A stretch of 64,000 nt of DNA from Nitrospira sp. (GTDB lineage Bacteria > Nitrospirota > Nitrospiria > Nitrospirales > Nitrospiraceae). The position numbers and the translations under genes were made by a program. A model generated the notes under the pieces. The model was given only the letters and a program-made list of their open reading frames with translations. It was not told the origin of the DNA and made no database searches. The DNA lies in assembly GCA_041742455.1 (NCBI GenBank), contig JBGSIO010000145.1:9335-73334 (forward strand). The letters run 5' to 3'. This document shows, one piece after another, positions 1-10,279 of the stretch (positions are counted from its first letter, which is position 1; every line of letters begins with the position of its first letter).

Positions 1-275
1 TTCTTTCACCGGAGACGAGTGACTATCCACACAAACGTGGCGCCTTATCCATGGCCAAAATGCCGCGAGAGAGTAATAGCACACGCGACTTCAATGACAA
101 TGGCTCACAATTTTTTATCTGCGTGGACGACAACAGCGGTCTTGACCGTCGCTATACGGTGTTTGGCGAAGTCTTTCGGGGAATCGAAGTCGTCGACAAG
201 ATCGTCAGCGTCCCTCGCGATGAGCGAGACAATCCGTTAGAGCCGATCTTCATCACCATGAGCGCAAAGGAATAG
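1..275 (+). CDS. Cyclophilin-type peptidyl-prolyl isomerase, C-terminal part (5' end outside window)
   Basis: Frame is open from the window edge: HKRGALSMA...NGSQFFICV...YTVFGEV, typical cyclophilin motifs. Confidence 0.9.
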   Translation, partial: LSPETSDYPHKRGALSMAKMPRESNSTRDFNDNGSQFFICVDDNSGLDRRYTVFGEVFRGIEVVDKIVSVPRDERDNPLEPIFITMSAKE

Positions 276-1304
276 TTGATCGGGCATCGGCACGGCATGC
301 TTATGGACGCAGGGACCCATCTTCCCAGAGGGACTATCCTCTCCGCATCAAATGCAGCCTCGATTCGTCTGGCAGGCAGGATCATCAAAACGGGCGGGCT
401 TGTCGCGTTCCCAACGGAAACAGTCTATGGCCTTGGCTGTGATGCCATGAATCCAGAAGCAGCAGCGAAGGTCTTCGAGGCCAAACAACGTCCACAGTTT
501 GATCCGCTCATCGTGCATCTTGCTGATCGAACGCAATTGGATGCGGTTGTCGCATCACAGCCACCAATGGCTCAGAGACTCATGGATGAGTTCTGGCCTG
601 GCCCGCTCACGCTGGTCTTGCCAAAGCAATCCGTCGTCCCTGATCTCGTCACAGCCGGCTTATCGACGGTTGCAGTTCGAATGCCGAACCACCCCATAGC
701 GCAAGCTCTCATACGAGAAGCAGGCACCCCGATTGCCGCTCCCAGCGCCAATCTCTTCGGCTATGTCAGTCCCACGAATGCGCGCCATGTGTCGGAAAGC
801 CTTGGAAACAAAGTGGACATCATTCTCGACGGTGGGCCCTGCCAAGTTGGTGTAGAATCAACGATCGTCTCGCTGCTCGGCCCTCAACCAGAACTATTGC
901 GGCCCGGCAGTATCACCCTCGAACAACTCACCGCCGTGATCGGTCCAGTGCGTGACCTATCGTCGAACCATAATCATCCAATCGCTCCTGGTCAATTGAC
1001 GCGCCACTACGCAACGCTCACTCCCCTGACCATTCTCGCCTCTGTCGGGACCAGACCAGTCTTGAGACCTGACGAGCGTGCGGGCCTCCTGCTCATCTCC
1101 CAATCGAAAGAGAGGAAAAGCGGCTTTGCTGCTATTGAGGTCTTGTCCCCTGCCGGTGATATCCGAGAGGCAGCACGAAATCTCTTCGCCGGCCTTCGGA
1201 GGTTGGACTCTCTTGGTCTGGATCGAATCTATGCGGAACCTTGTCACGAAATGGGTCTGGGACTGGCAATCATGGATCGCCTGCGCCGCTGCGCGGCGCG
1301 CTGA
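276..1304 (+). CDS. tsaC: Threonylcarbamoyl-AMP synthase, Sua5-type (YrdC domain plus SUA5 C-terminal domain); true start may be a few codons downstream
   Basis: VAFPTETVYGLG, KQRPQFDPLIVH, AAPSAN and APGQLTRHYA motifs. Confidence 0.95.
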   Translation: MIGHRHGMLMDAGTHLPRGTILSASNAASIRLAGRIIKTGGLVAFPTETVYGLGCDAMNPEAAAKVFEAKQRPQFDPLIVHLADRTQLDAVVASQPPMAQRLMDEFWPGPLTLVLPKQSVVPDLVTAGLSTVAVRMPNHPIAQALIREAGTPIAAPSANLFGYVSPTNARHVSESLGNKVDIILDGGPCQVGVESTIVSLLGPQPELLRPGSITLEQLTAVIGPVRDLSSNHNHPIAPGQLTRHYATLTPLTILASVGTRPVLRPDERAGLLLISQSKERKSGFAAIEVLSPAGDIREAARNLFAGLRRLDSLGLDRIYAEPCHEMGLGLAIMDRLRRCAAR

Positions 1305-1376
1305 GACTGGAACACCTTGCGCCACTGGTTTCGATCGTCCAGAGTTTGTGAAGCAGAAGCATACTGGGCGGGCAAC

Positions 1377-2417
1377 TTACTTTTCTCCCCCACCTAACAC
1401 CACATGAAACGTCAGATCGGCGTCGACTCGGCGAACTTTAACTGCAACCTCTTGGCCTGGGGCGGTGCGCTCGATAAGATAGTTTTTCAACTGGGCACCA
1501 TCCACAATTTCCGTATTCTCAATTGCCAGCAAGATATCGTGCTTTTGAATACCTGCCGTCTTCGCCGGCTCCGCGACATCCTTCACCGCCATGCGCAACC
1601 TCGTCCCATCTTTCACCGACGTCATATGGATCCCCAGTTTCGAGAACAGAAGCGGCTTCCCTGAAAGAGCGGCTTGGACGATACGCTCGGCGAGGCTTCC
1701 CGGAATGGCAAAAGCCATGCGGCTACAGTATGCCTGGGTCTCTTCTTTATCCGTTTGAATGACAGCATGTAGAATACCGACAACTTCTCCTTGGGCATTG
1801 AACAGTCCACCTCCGGAGTTTCCACTGCAGGCCGAAAGGTCTGCCTGAATCAGTCGAGTATCGACGGTTTGCAGGAAAGTATTGGTGTTGCCGAGCCTCC
1901 CAAAGGCCATCGTCGGCCCCCAGCCAAGCGGATAACCGACCGTGAAGACCTCCATTCCCGGTAAAACGTCCTCCGTCGAAAATGATGTCTCAGCCTGCAG
2001 TTTAGAGCGATGCTGTTCGACAATCCGATACACGACCGCATCCATAAATGCGCTATCCCCCACGAGGTCGGCGGAAAGCTCATGGAAATCATGCGTCAGT
2101 AGGCGGATCTGTTTCTGAATGATCGTCCCTCCCGAGAGATCATGCTTTTCCGCGGCATGTCTTGCCGTAATCACATAGCCATCTCGTAGGTGAAACCCGG
2201 TTCCACGGACGGCAATTTTTCCGGGCCTTTCCGGCATGCGCTGGTCCTGAGTCTCCGCCAGAATTCCCACCGTCACTTGTTTTGCCCGAAGAAATGCGTC
2301 CTGGCTGAGCGGCGTGACTTCAGCTCTGAGCTCGAGACTTGGCACCAAGGTCGCAACACCCAGGAGAAACGCGAATAGGCCCATACACCGAACCGGCACA
2401 GAGACGAGATTACTCAT
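1377..2417 (-). CDS. Exported trypsin-like serine protease with C-terminal PDZ domain (HtrA-like)
   Basis: Signal peptide; triad TARH / D / GNSGG; PDZ-like C-terminus (AGIQKHDILLAI). Confidence 0.9.
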   Translation of the reverse strand: MSNLVSVPVRCMGLFAFLLGVATLVPSLELRAEVTPLSQDAFLRAKQVTVGILAETQDQRMPERPGKIAVRGTGFHLRDGYVITARHAAEKHDLSGGTIIQKQIRLLTHDFHELSADLVGDSAFMDAVVYRIVEQHRSKLQAETSFSTEDVLPGMEVFTVGYPLGWGPTMAFGRLGNTNTFLQTVDTRLIQADLSACSGNSGGGLFNAQGEVVGILHAVIQTDKEETQAYCSRMAFAIPGSLAERIVQAALSGKPLLFSKLGIHMTSVKDGTRLRMAVKDVAEPAKTAGIQKHDILLAIENTEIVDGAQLKNYLIERTAPGQEVAVKVRRVDADLTFHVVLGGGEK

Positions 2418-2633
2418 TCGACAATCCTTTCAAACGGTCCTTCATCATGGACCACAATGAAATAGAATCAGCTATTATTCTCCCTGAAATTTTGCCAGCA
2501 TACCGCATCACTCTTGTTCAATTCAGCCCTCATGAAAGCGCATCGAGGCTCTCTGCCTCCCTTGTAAGCCGTGGACCCTGAGCTTATAGTCTCACACAAA
2601 ACGAGTCCTCATGAACATCCTGGACACCGCTTG

Positions 2634-3533
2634 ATGCCGAACCGTTGCACGTCGTCTCTACTCTCCCTAATTCTCCTTTTCATCATGCCATGCCCTACGA
2701 TGGCAGCGTCTGAATCAAAACCCACTCCGGAACTGGCCAAGCATTTGATTCGGATCGCTGGACTGGCTCAACCATCCCCGATGGTCACCATTCCTGCCGG
2801 ATCATTTTTGCTCGGTTCCAAGAGAGTCGATGGTGATCCATATGGAAAGTGGACACAGTTCGATGATACAGAACTCCCTCAGCAACAGGTCTGGTTGGAT
2901 GACTACGAGATCGATCGTGAGGAAGTCAGCCTCGGAGAATATCTCTCCTATCTTCAGAAGAAAAAGCTGTACCCCTCTACTGATTTGCAGAAACTCATCT
3001 GGCATCTTATCACCATCCATTTCGTTTCAGACCAGACTTTGACCCGATGGCCTGCGCTCTATGTCACATGGGCAGAGGCACAGAGCCTCTGTGGGACAAA
3101 GCGCGCAAGGCTTCCGACGGAAGCCGAATGGGAAAAGGCTGCACGCGGTTCTGCGGGAAACCTCTACCCATGGGGCGAAGCGGCTCCTACCTCCACTCTC
3201 GCCATGTTTGGGCAGCATCATGTTCATGAAATCCCCATTCTGGCTGCCGTCGATTCACATGATGAAGGGAAGAGCCCCTATGGCCTTCACCATATGGCAG
3301 GAAATGTGGCCGAATGGGTACAGGACTGGTTCGGTTTCGACTACTATGCCTATATGCCGGAGCGTAATCCGCCTGGCCCATCCGCAGGGCGCTACAAAGG
3401 CGTTCGCGGAGGCTCCTGGAAAAGTAAGCGAGTGATGCTCCGATCGGCGACCAGAGGCGGAGCGGCTCCAGATCAACGTTCGGCAACCATCGGGTTTCGA
3501 TGCGCACGATCATCGACTTCTCCGCTCCCGTAG
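2634..3533 (+). CDS. Exported FGE-sulfatase (SUMF1)-fold protein 1; ORF track start 2571, more likely ATG 2634
   Basis: RLPTEAEWEKAARG, YPWG, MAGNVAEW, RGGSW, GFRCA; no catalytic FGE CxxxxC. Confidence 0.9.
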   Translation: MPNRCTSSLLSLILLFIMPCPTMAASESKPTPELAKHLIRIAGLAQPSPMVTIPAGSFLLGSKRVDGDPYGKWTQFDDTELPQQQVWLDDYEIDREEVSLGEYLSYLQKKKLYPSTDLQKLIWHLITIHFVSDQTLTRWPALYVTWAEAQSLCGTKRARLPTEAEWEKAARGSAGNLYPWGEAAPTSTLAMFGQHHVHEIPILAAVDSHDEGKSPYGLHHMAGNVAEWVQDWFGFDYYAYMPERNPPGPSAGRYKGVRGGSWKSKRVMLRSATRGGAAPDQRSATIGFRCARSSTSPLP

Positions 3534-3634
3534 GGATGAGCCCTCTACTCGACACCACTCCGCAGAATATCCACACAAAGCTGCCGAGGGCTGGTGAGGG
3601 AAATTCACTGATTCTTATGGTAGGATCTTGCCCG

Positions 3635-4225
3635 ATGCGTCAGCTCTGTTGGATATTGGTGTTTGTATGGAGTGGGCTGCTGTTTGGGCACCAAGCTTCA
3701 GCCCTGGAGTTTACAGCTGATCAGGTGACTAAAATCGACGGCAAGTTGCATAAATCCTATATCTATTACCGTGATGCGATGTGGCGGATCGAACACCATA
3801 GCACGGGACCCGTCAACGTCAGCATCGTGCGGAAGGACAAACAGATCGTCTGGCTTTTACTGTCAAGAATGAAACACTTCAAGACCATTCCCTACAGCCC
3901 TGACCATGACTTGAGGGTGGGTGTGCAGATGGAGGGAGAAGTTTCGCGGCAGGAGATCGGTTCGGAAGTACGCGAAGGACATCCCACGGTGCTTTATGAG
4001 GTCACGACGAAGCAAGGGGAGCGAGTCGATGCCTATTACCAATGGGTTGCCACGGATATCCGGTTCCCCATGAAACTTGCCAAGAAGGACGGTAGCTGGA
4101 TTGTCGAGTATCAACACGTAAAAATGCGCTCTGTTTCAGACTACCTCTTTAACTTACCTGTGAACTTTCAGCCGCTGGAAGCATTTGACACGCCGGAGCC
4201 CAAACAGAACGGGCCAACGATGTGA
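3635..4225 (+). CDS. Exported LolA-like/DUF4412-like beta-rich protein 1; likely start 3635
   Basis: Signal peptide ending ASA-LEF; beta-strand pattern; clear similarity to the ORF at 7574-8209. Family assignment is from recall. Confidence 0.7.
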   Translation: MRQLCWILVFVWSGLLFGHQASALEFTADQVTKIDGKLHKSYIYYRDAMWRIEHHSTGPVNVSIVRKDKQIVWLLLSRMKHFKTIPYSPDHDLRVGVQMEGEVSRQEIGSEVREGHPTVLYEVTTKQGERVDAYYQWVATDIRFPMKLAKKDGSWIVEYQHVKMRSVSDYLFNLPVNFQPLEAFDTPEPKQNGPTM

Positions 4226-4245
4226 TACACGAAGGAGGAGGGATC

Positions 4246-5157
4246 GTGCGAGTTTATCGGATTGCCTTAGGCATGACACTAACGGGACTAATCGCTGTGG
4301 GGGGAGCACTTGCGCTGGACGTAGCCGATGTTGTTCGGCAGTGGACTCCTGAAGGAAAACGACTGGCGGAGGAGCGAGCCAAGCTTTCGGCGCATGACGA
4401 AATGATCATGATTCCTGCCGGCGAGTTTTTGATGGGAAGCGACAAAAAAGTTGATCGCAACGCGTACCAAGCCGAACTCCCGCAGCACAAAGTCTATCTG
4501 GACGCTTACGAAATCGACAAGTTTGAAGTCACGACGGTACAATTTCTGAAATATGTCCTGGCTCATGATCTGCCGCCTCTGATCGACTGGCAGTATGACG
4601 GCGGAAACTTCCAGGAAACGATGTCGAATCATCCCGTCATGCATATATCCTGGACTGATGCCGATGACTACTGTCGCTGGGCAGGCAAACGCCTCCCAAC
4701 CGAAGCAGAATGGGAAAAAGCTGCGCGTGGGGAAGATGGACGTATCTATCCTTGGGGCAATCAGATGGCTGGATTGTCGAGAGCGAACTTCGGACGGACT
4801 GGCTTGTCAGGCCCGGTACGAGATCGCCCAGAGCGCCTCTTGCTCTATCCGCCGATTATCTCTGTCGACAAGTACGACAATGCTGTGAGTCCATACGGGG
4901 CCTTTCAGATGTCCGGTAATGTGGCCGAATGGGTTGCCGATTGGTATGACTCAAAATACTATGCGACGGCACCCGATCGGAATCCAAAGGGACCGGAGAA
5001 GGGAACTCAGCGGAGCTTCCGCGGCGGCAGCTGGATCGACAGCACCCCAAGCGTACGAACCGCGCAACGCAACGGGACAGACCCCAACACAAAGATGAAT
5101 TGGCTCGGCTTCCGTTGTGCACGAGATGTGAAGATGTCACCAGAAGCCGAGAACTAA
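4246..5157 (+). CDS. Exported FGE-sulfatase-fold protein 2; likely GTG start 4246
   Basis: Strong RBS (GAAGGAGG) upstream; RLPTEAEWEKAARG, MSGNVAEW, GFRCA. Confidence 0.9.
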   Translation: MRVYRIALGMTLTGLIAVGGALALDVADVVRQWTPEGKRLAEERAKLSAHDEMIMIPAGEFLMGSDKKVDRNAYQAELPQHKVYLDAYEIDKFEVTTVQFLKYVLAHDLPPLIDWQYDGGNFQETMSNHPVMHISWTDADDYCRWAGKRLPTEAEWEKAARGEDGRIYPWGNQMAGLSRANFGRTGLSGPVRDRPERLLLYPPIISVDKYDNAVSPYGAFQMSGNVAEWVADWYDSKYYATAPDRNPKGPEKGTQRSFRGGSWIDSTPSVRTAQRNGTDPNTKMNWLGFRCARDVKMSPEAEN

Positions 5158-5277
5158 ACAGCCGCTGTATCGTCGTATCACAGCAAAACGGTACAGATGA
5201 GCTGGGGCTGCTGGCGCACGACGTGATCATCTGAGCACGTTCGGAAGGGTCACGGATTGTGAGTGAGTGTCCGTTGA

Positions 5278-6123
5278 TTATTTCAACGGCGCATCGGCTG
5301 CACACCGAAACCCTGTCGACTCATTGCGCATCATTGGATCGCTCTCTACGCGGGTAAAGATACGGACGGTGGGCGTTTCGTTTTGCCATCCTGCGCCACG
5401 AATGACCTTCTTTGAACCAGTTTTTGGACCTTGAGGGTTCTTCTGCGGGCTCTTCTCATAATACTGAGCGTCATACCAGTCATTGACCCACTCCCAGACG
5501 TTACCGGCCATGTCGTATACGCCAAATGGACTTTTGCCTGCCTCATAACTTCCAACAGGCATGAGGGTCTTCTCTCCAATCCATCGTTGATTGTAATTGA
5601 GATGCTTCGCCGTCGGTTCCACATTCCCCCATGGGAACCGTCTATCGGACGTTCCTTTGGCAGCCTTTTCCCACTCTGCTTCCGTAGGGAGCCGTTTGCC
5701 AGCCCATCTGCAGTACGCTTCTGCGTCAAACCAATCAACGTTGATCACAGGCCGATCGACAAGGGAGTCTGTGATGCTGTCCCCTTGCCACAGATTTCGC
5801 GTTGGATTTTTGGGGTTCTGTGGTACACGATGCCCGGTAGACTTGACAAAGGCTAAATATAATCCATTCGTCACTTCATACTTATCGATCGCGAACGTGT
5901 CGACAAACACGTCATGACGCGGATATTCATCCCGACCCCCGTCTCGATCTCCATCGGGTACTCCCATTGGAAACGAGCCGGCCGGAACCATGATCATCGG
6001 GGCACCATCCTTGGCGGCTAGGAACTCCTCTGGATCGTGAGCAGATCGGTCATCGGCGAATGAACTGGACAGACCAAGCACAAGACTCCACAGAACCGAG
6101 TAAACCACACATCGCACAAGCAT
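5278..6123 (-). CDS. Exported FGE-sulfatase-fold protein 3
   Basis: Signal peptide; RLPTEAEWEKAAKG, MAGNVWEW, GFRCA. Confidence 0.9.
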   Translation of the reverse strand: MLVRCVVYSVLWSLVLGLSSSFADDRSAHDPEEFLAAKDGAPMIMVPAGSFPMGVPDGDRDGGRDEYPRHDVFVDTFAIDKYEVTNGLYLAFVKSTGHRVPQNPKNPTRNLWQGDSITDSLVDRPVINVDWFDAEAYCRWAGKRLPTEAEWEKAAKGTSDRRFPWGNVEPTAKHLNYNQRWIGEKTLMPVGSYEAGKSPFGVYDMAGNVWEWVNDWYDAQYYEKSPQKNPQGPKTGSKKVIRGAGWQNETPTVRIFTRVESDPMMRNESTGFRCAADAPLK

Positions 6124-6211
6124 CGCACACGCTCCTTCCGGGAAGTCAAAGGAAAATTGATCGTATCACACCACTGACGAGCGATGCCGAAACCAGACCG
6201 CAATTTTACAC

Positions 6212-7570
6212 CTATTGGCTCGGTGCAGTGACTGTCAACAGTGCACCCCCTGCCGTAGCTCGAACGGCATCATCCTCGTCATGCAGATTTTGCTTGAACA
6301 ACTCCGTCGCACGCGCGCCCTCGACCTTCGCGATCGATCGGATCGCTGCAATCCTTACACGAGGGACAGTGTCCTGTACCAGCAGCATCAACGCCGATCG
6401 TGCCGGCTCTCGATTTGCCTGTCCCGCATGCCCCAAGGCTCGTGCCACGGCAGCACGAACCGCCGGCTCTTTCGTATTGATGAGCGTTCGAACCGAGCCG
6501 GCTACGATTTCATACCGTTCATTGAGCTCGAGCAGCGCACCGATCACAAACGCCCTCACCGCGGAGTCGCGGTCATCGAGCGCCTTCATCAGAGCCGACG
6601 GTGCGTCCGAACCCTGCATCTTGCCTAAACTCACCGCCGCAGCAATTCGAACAGGAGTGAGTGGATCCACCAGAAGTCGCGTCAATACGGGTACAGCTTG
6701 CGCAGATGGCATATGGCCAAACCCTGTCGCGGCAGCTCCTCGCACTGATGGTTGCTTGTGTTGGCTCGCTTCGATCAGGATGGGATACACGCTTGAGGAT
6801 GGTTGCACCACTAATGCGCGAATTGCCGATGTTCGTTCATCTGGATTCGGCGCTTTCGCATATCGCACCAGCAGATCACACGCCTTTGGACGTTTCAGAT
6901 GACAGAGAACCTCGGCTGCCGCCACACGCACCCGTACCTCCGGGTCCTTAAGCAGCGGCTCAACGAGCGAGACAACCGACACATCGTCTGACTTCGCAAA
7001 CCCCTTGAGTACTGCCTCCTTTACGAGCACGGCTTGATCCCCAAGGGCCTGCCTGAACTTTGGCGAGCGGCGTCCGGCGTCCAGCTTGGCAAACCCTTCG
7101 GCTGCCAAAGCTCTGACTAGACCAGATCCGTCATTGAGGCCCTCTTCGAAAAACGGAATAGCATCAGGACTCTGCCACTCTTTCAGAGCCGTATACGCCG
7201 CTCCACGCATCTGCTCTCGCATGTCCTTCGTAAGGACCACAATGAATCCGATGGCCACCTCCCGAAGAATCACCCCATCATCTTGCTGTAATGACTGCGC
7301 CAGCTTGTCATATTCCATGAGGGCATCTTTGGGGTTGCCAAGCCTCACCAACGTTCGGACTTTGAGTCGGCGAGTGTCCGGTAGGGCGGAGGTCTCTGTG
7401 TCAAGTTTGGCCAACTCCTCAAAAGCCTTTTGGTACTCCGCGTTGTCGTACAACGCTTGGATCTTCTGAAGGTCGGACTGCGTCCCGCCACCTGCCGGTT
7501 CGAAGATGAGAAGAAGACACGCGAGCGGGAATAGGACCGACACAGCTCGTCGAATAAACAACGCGATCAT
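6212..7570 (-). CDS. Predicted exported TPR-like plus HEAT-repeat protein
   Basis: N-terminal hydrophobic signal; repeated L.D....VR..AA..LG units. Confidence 0.85.
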   Translation of the reverse strand: MIALFIRRAVSVLFPLACLLLIFEPAGGGTQSDLQKIQALYDNAEYQKAFEELAKLDTETSALPDTRRLKVRTLVRLGNPKDALMEYDKLAQSLQQDDGVILREVAIGFIVVLTKDMREQMRGAAYTALKEWQSPDAIPFFEEGLNDGSGLVRALAAEGFAKLDAGRRSPKFRQALGDQAVLVKEAVLKGFAKSDDVSVVSLVEPLLKDPEVRVRVAAAEVLCHLKRPKACDLLVRYAKAPNPDERTSAIRALVVQPSSSVYPILIEASQHKQPSVRGAAATGFGHMPSAQAVPVLTRLLVDPLTPVRIAAAVSLGKMQGSDAPSALMKALDDRDSAVRAFVIGALLELNERYEIVAGSVRTLINTKEPAVRAAVARALGHAGQANREPARSALMLLVQDTVPRVRIAAIRSIAKVEGARATELFKQNLHDEDDAVRATAGGALLTVTAPSQ

Positions 7571-7573
7571 CCT

Positions 7574-8209
7574 CTACTCCACCCTCCTCTGATTGGCCAC
7601 ACTCGGCCGCTTTCTATAGCCTGGTGGCTCTTCGAAATAGATGCTGGGTTGTGCCGACATACGTATCCGTTCATACTCGAACGACCAATCACGGTCCTGG
7701 CTGACCAACTTAAGTACGATCCCAGTCTCTGCATCGACCCATTCGTAGAATCGTTCAAGACGTCCGTGGCGTTCAGTTTGAACGTCGAACAACCGTGCAG
7801 TTCGACCAGCTACCTCGTCATCTCCGACAGAGGTCCTCTGAGTTTCCCCAACCAATTGAGGATGGGTTAGGAAAACATCTTCGGTCAATGGCGTAACCAA
7901 TAATTCCTTTCGCTGCGGAAGGACATACCAGATTTCCGCGACATCCGGCCTGATGATTTCAATGGCGGCGAAGCCAAGCTCGGTTCGAATAGCATACGTA
8001 TACTCCAACCTGAGCCAAGCACCCTTGGCAAACACTTGTGCCCGATACTGTTTCCCATTCACCCGTTTGACGAGCGTGCCTGAAAATTCCGGCTCTGAGG
8101 GAAGACTGTCGATGGCTGTTGAACTGGAGATCGGCCAACATAGCACGCCGACACAAATGGACGTACACACCACCAAGCTGCAGGCTTTCCTCGCAGCGCA
8201 GAGAAGCAT
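7574..8209 (-). CDS. Exported LolA-like/DUF4412-like protein 2
   Basis: Signal peptide; paralog of 3635-4225 (EF...YEWV...LKL...W..EY...F..P). Confidence 0.7.
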   Translation of the reverse strand: MLLCAARKACSLVVCTSICVGVLCWPISSSTAIDSLPSEPEFSGTLVKRVNGKQYRAQVFAKGAWLRLEYTYAIRTELGFAAIEIIRPDVAEIWYVLPQRKELLVTPLTEDVFLTHPQLVGETQRTSVGDDEVAGRTARLFDVQTERHGRLERFYEWVDAETGIVLKLVSQDRDWSFEYERIRMSAQPSIYFEEPPGYRKRPSVANQRRVE

Positions 8210-8215
8210 CGGTCG

Positions 8216-9139
8216 TCAATGCTGGTGTTCGAGCAGTGGTTGGATATCGATGGAGTATCCCAACGATTCAAGACCGAATCGTGGGTTGTCCATGACTTTA
8301 TATGCCGTTCGACTTCCCTTCGGAGCAGGCACTGAGAGCTGCTCGACGAGTTTTCCATCCGGTTGCACCACGACGGATTTTGTTGTGCCTGGTCCTGTCT
8401 GTGGATGCCACACCACCAACTGATATGTACCAGGTGGAATGCCGTCGATCTTAAACCTCCCCTGAGCGTCGGTCAGAGCATAATAGGGATTGTTGACGGC
8501 CATGGCCCAACTTTCCATATAGGCGTGAAATCCACATTGCATATAGAAGGTACGCCGGCCCTTATTCAGATAGATCGGGCCGACCAGCGATTTGCCGGGA
8601 GCATGGTTATGCAACGCATGGAGATCTCCCCGCCGATGCTGATGGTTCATCACGAGCGGTGTGTTGAACAATACACGAGCGCCCGCCTCCGGCGATGTTT
8701 CATACCCTTGTATGTCGTGCATAACGGGATCCATATTGATCACCTCGACTGCATGCCCGTTCCGGACGACCGTCATGAACGGCTGGAACATGCAATCGCG
8801 TGCTTCGATCAATGGAACAGACACCTCGAAAGGTTTCCCGGCTTCGACTCCTTCCAGAAGCACAATGGCATCCTTCAATCCTCCCTGATGGCCCACGACA
8901 AAGTCATGGAGCAAGCGCCACCCACGACCGTTGGAAATTCGGCCGCAATAGGCAGGGTCAGGAAAAGTAACGAGATTGAACCCTTTTGGCTCAGGCACCG
9001 GTCCGTCGAGTGCGATCGTGCCTTCTATCGTTCCGCTATGCTCAACCTCGACGACTTCATAGGCGTAACCAGGTACAATCCCCATCGATAGGGCGAGAAC
9101 TCCGATTCCAAACGCGAAGGACGTACTTCTTGTGCTCAA
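8216..9139 (-). CDS. Exported cupredoxin-type protein embedded in a carboxypeptidase-regulatory-like beta-sandwich; predicted type-1 Cu site
   Basis: Signal peptide; DPVMHDI and MQCGFHAYMESW (CxxHxxM); His-rich insert HQHRRGDLHALHNH. Confidence 0.8.
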   Translation of the reverse strand: MSTRSTSFAFGIGVLALSMGIVPGYAYEVVEVEHSGTIEGTIALDGPVPEPKGFNLVTFPDPAYCGRISNGRGWRLLHDFVVGHQGGLKDAIVLLEGVEAGKPFEVSVPLIEARDCMFQPFMTVVRNGHAVEVINMDPVMHDIQGYETSPEAGARVLFNTPLVMNHQHRRGDLHALHNHAPGKSLVGPIYLNKGRRTFYMQCGFHAYMESWAMAVNNPYYALTDAQGRFKIDGIPPGTYQLVVWHPQTGPGTTKSVVVQPDGKLVEQLSVPAPKGSRTAYKVMDNPRFGLESLGYSIDIQPLLEHQH

Positions 9140-9163
9140 TTTCTTTTCCTCTTCCCGAGATAT

Positions 9164-10099
9164 TCAGTGGCGCTGTTTCTCGATCATCGGATCAATTTCT
9201 TTCTTGGTTTCCTCGGTCACGTTGAACCGGTTGTACGCATGATCAAGCACCTCGTTGGCGTAGAGTCGGCCAGTCGGGGCTGCGACCACCAGTTGAGTAT
9301 CGACCACCCCTTTCGGACCGATCGTCACTATCTGTTCGGTGGTACTCCGGACATAGGGATGCCACACCACGAGCTTGTACGTCCCAGGCGGCACATCAGT
9401 GAGGGTGAACCTCCCCTGCTCATCCGTCTTGGCAAAGTAGGGATTCGTGACGGCAACCCCCCAACTCTCCATATAGGCGTGAAACCCGCATTGCATGACG
9501 AACACCCGCCGGCCCTTGCTCAGGTTGACCAATTGTTTCGTCGGCGCACCGGCCATATGTTTATGATACATCCCCGCGTCACTGCGATCTTTCAGATCCC
9601 GAGGATGGGCCGGGTTCATCGGAAGGGGGACGTTGAATAATACCCGCGGGCCGAGATGTGACGTTTCGTACGCTTGAATGTCGTGCATGACTGGGTCCAT
9701 GTTGACGACCGTCACCGGTTGATTGTCTCTTACCACCGTTGTGAAGGGGAGAAAGAGACAATCTTTTGCCTCAATTTTCCGTGCGCCATCATCCTCGAAG
9801 GGCTTCCCCGTCTCAACCCCTTCGAGGTACACAAGGACCTCTCGAAACTCACCCTCAGGGCCAATATTGAAAGGTTGCAGGATGCGCCAGCCTTCGCCGT
9901 CAGAAATACGACCGCAATAAAACTGGTCGGGCAGCGTCGTAAGATTGTAACCTTTGGGCTTGGGCACCTGCCCCTCCAGCTTCACGGTCCCGGTGAGGGT
10001 CCCGCCATCTGAGACCGTCACTTCCTTGTAGGCATAGGCCGGCGACCCGATAGAGAAGGTCGTCACTACCGCAATTAACGCATATCGTGTCAGGTTCAT
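9164..10099 (-). CDS. Paralogous exported cupredoxin-type protein; true start ATG 10099
   Basis: GGAGGAGGAG RBS; same DPVMHDI and MQCGFHAYMESW motifs. Confidence 0.8.
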   Translation of the reverse strand: MNLTRYALIAVVTTFSIGSPAYAYKEVTVSDGGTLTGTVKLEGQVPKPKGYNLTTLPDQFYCGRISDGEGWRILQPFNIGPEGEFREVLVYLEGVETGKPFEDDGARKIEAKDCLFLPFTTVVRDNQPVTVVNMDPVMHDIQAYETSHLGPRVLFNVPLPMNPAHPRDLKDRSDAGMYHKHMAGAPTKQLVNLSKGRRVFVMQCGFHAYMESWGVAVTNPYFAKTDEQGRFTLTDVPPGTYKLVVWHPYVRSTTEQIVTIGPKGVVDTQLVVAAPTGRLYANEVLDHAYNRFNVTEETKKEIDPMIEKQRH

Positions 10100-10211
10100 T
10101 GGTCTGCTCCTCCTCCCATCTCTCTCGCACAGACGTGAACAGTGGGATCTTGCATACATCTGATTGATTATACCGAGTTCCGCTCAGGATTGCAGGACTG
10201 TGGATCCTGAT

Positions 10212-10248
10212 AAAAAACAGGGGAGCCGCACATTCTGTACGGCTCCCC
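10212..10248 (-). terminator. Rho-independent terminator after multicopper oxidase 1
   Basis: Stem GGGGAGCCG/CGGCTCCCC followed by a U-tract on the minus strand (A-tract 10212-10217). Confidence 0.8.
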
Positions 10249-10279
10249 TCCTCTTTTCTCCGCAGAATTCCTGAGCGAC

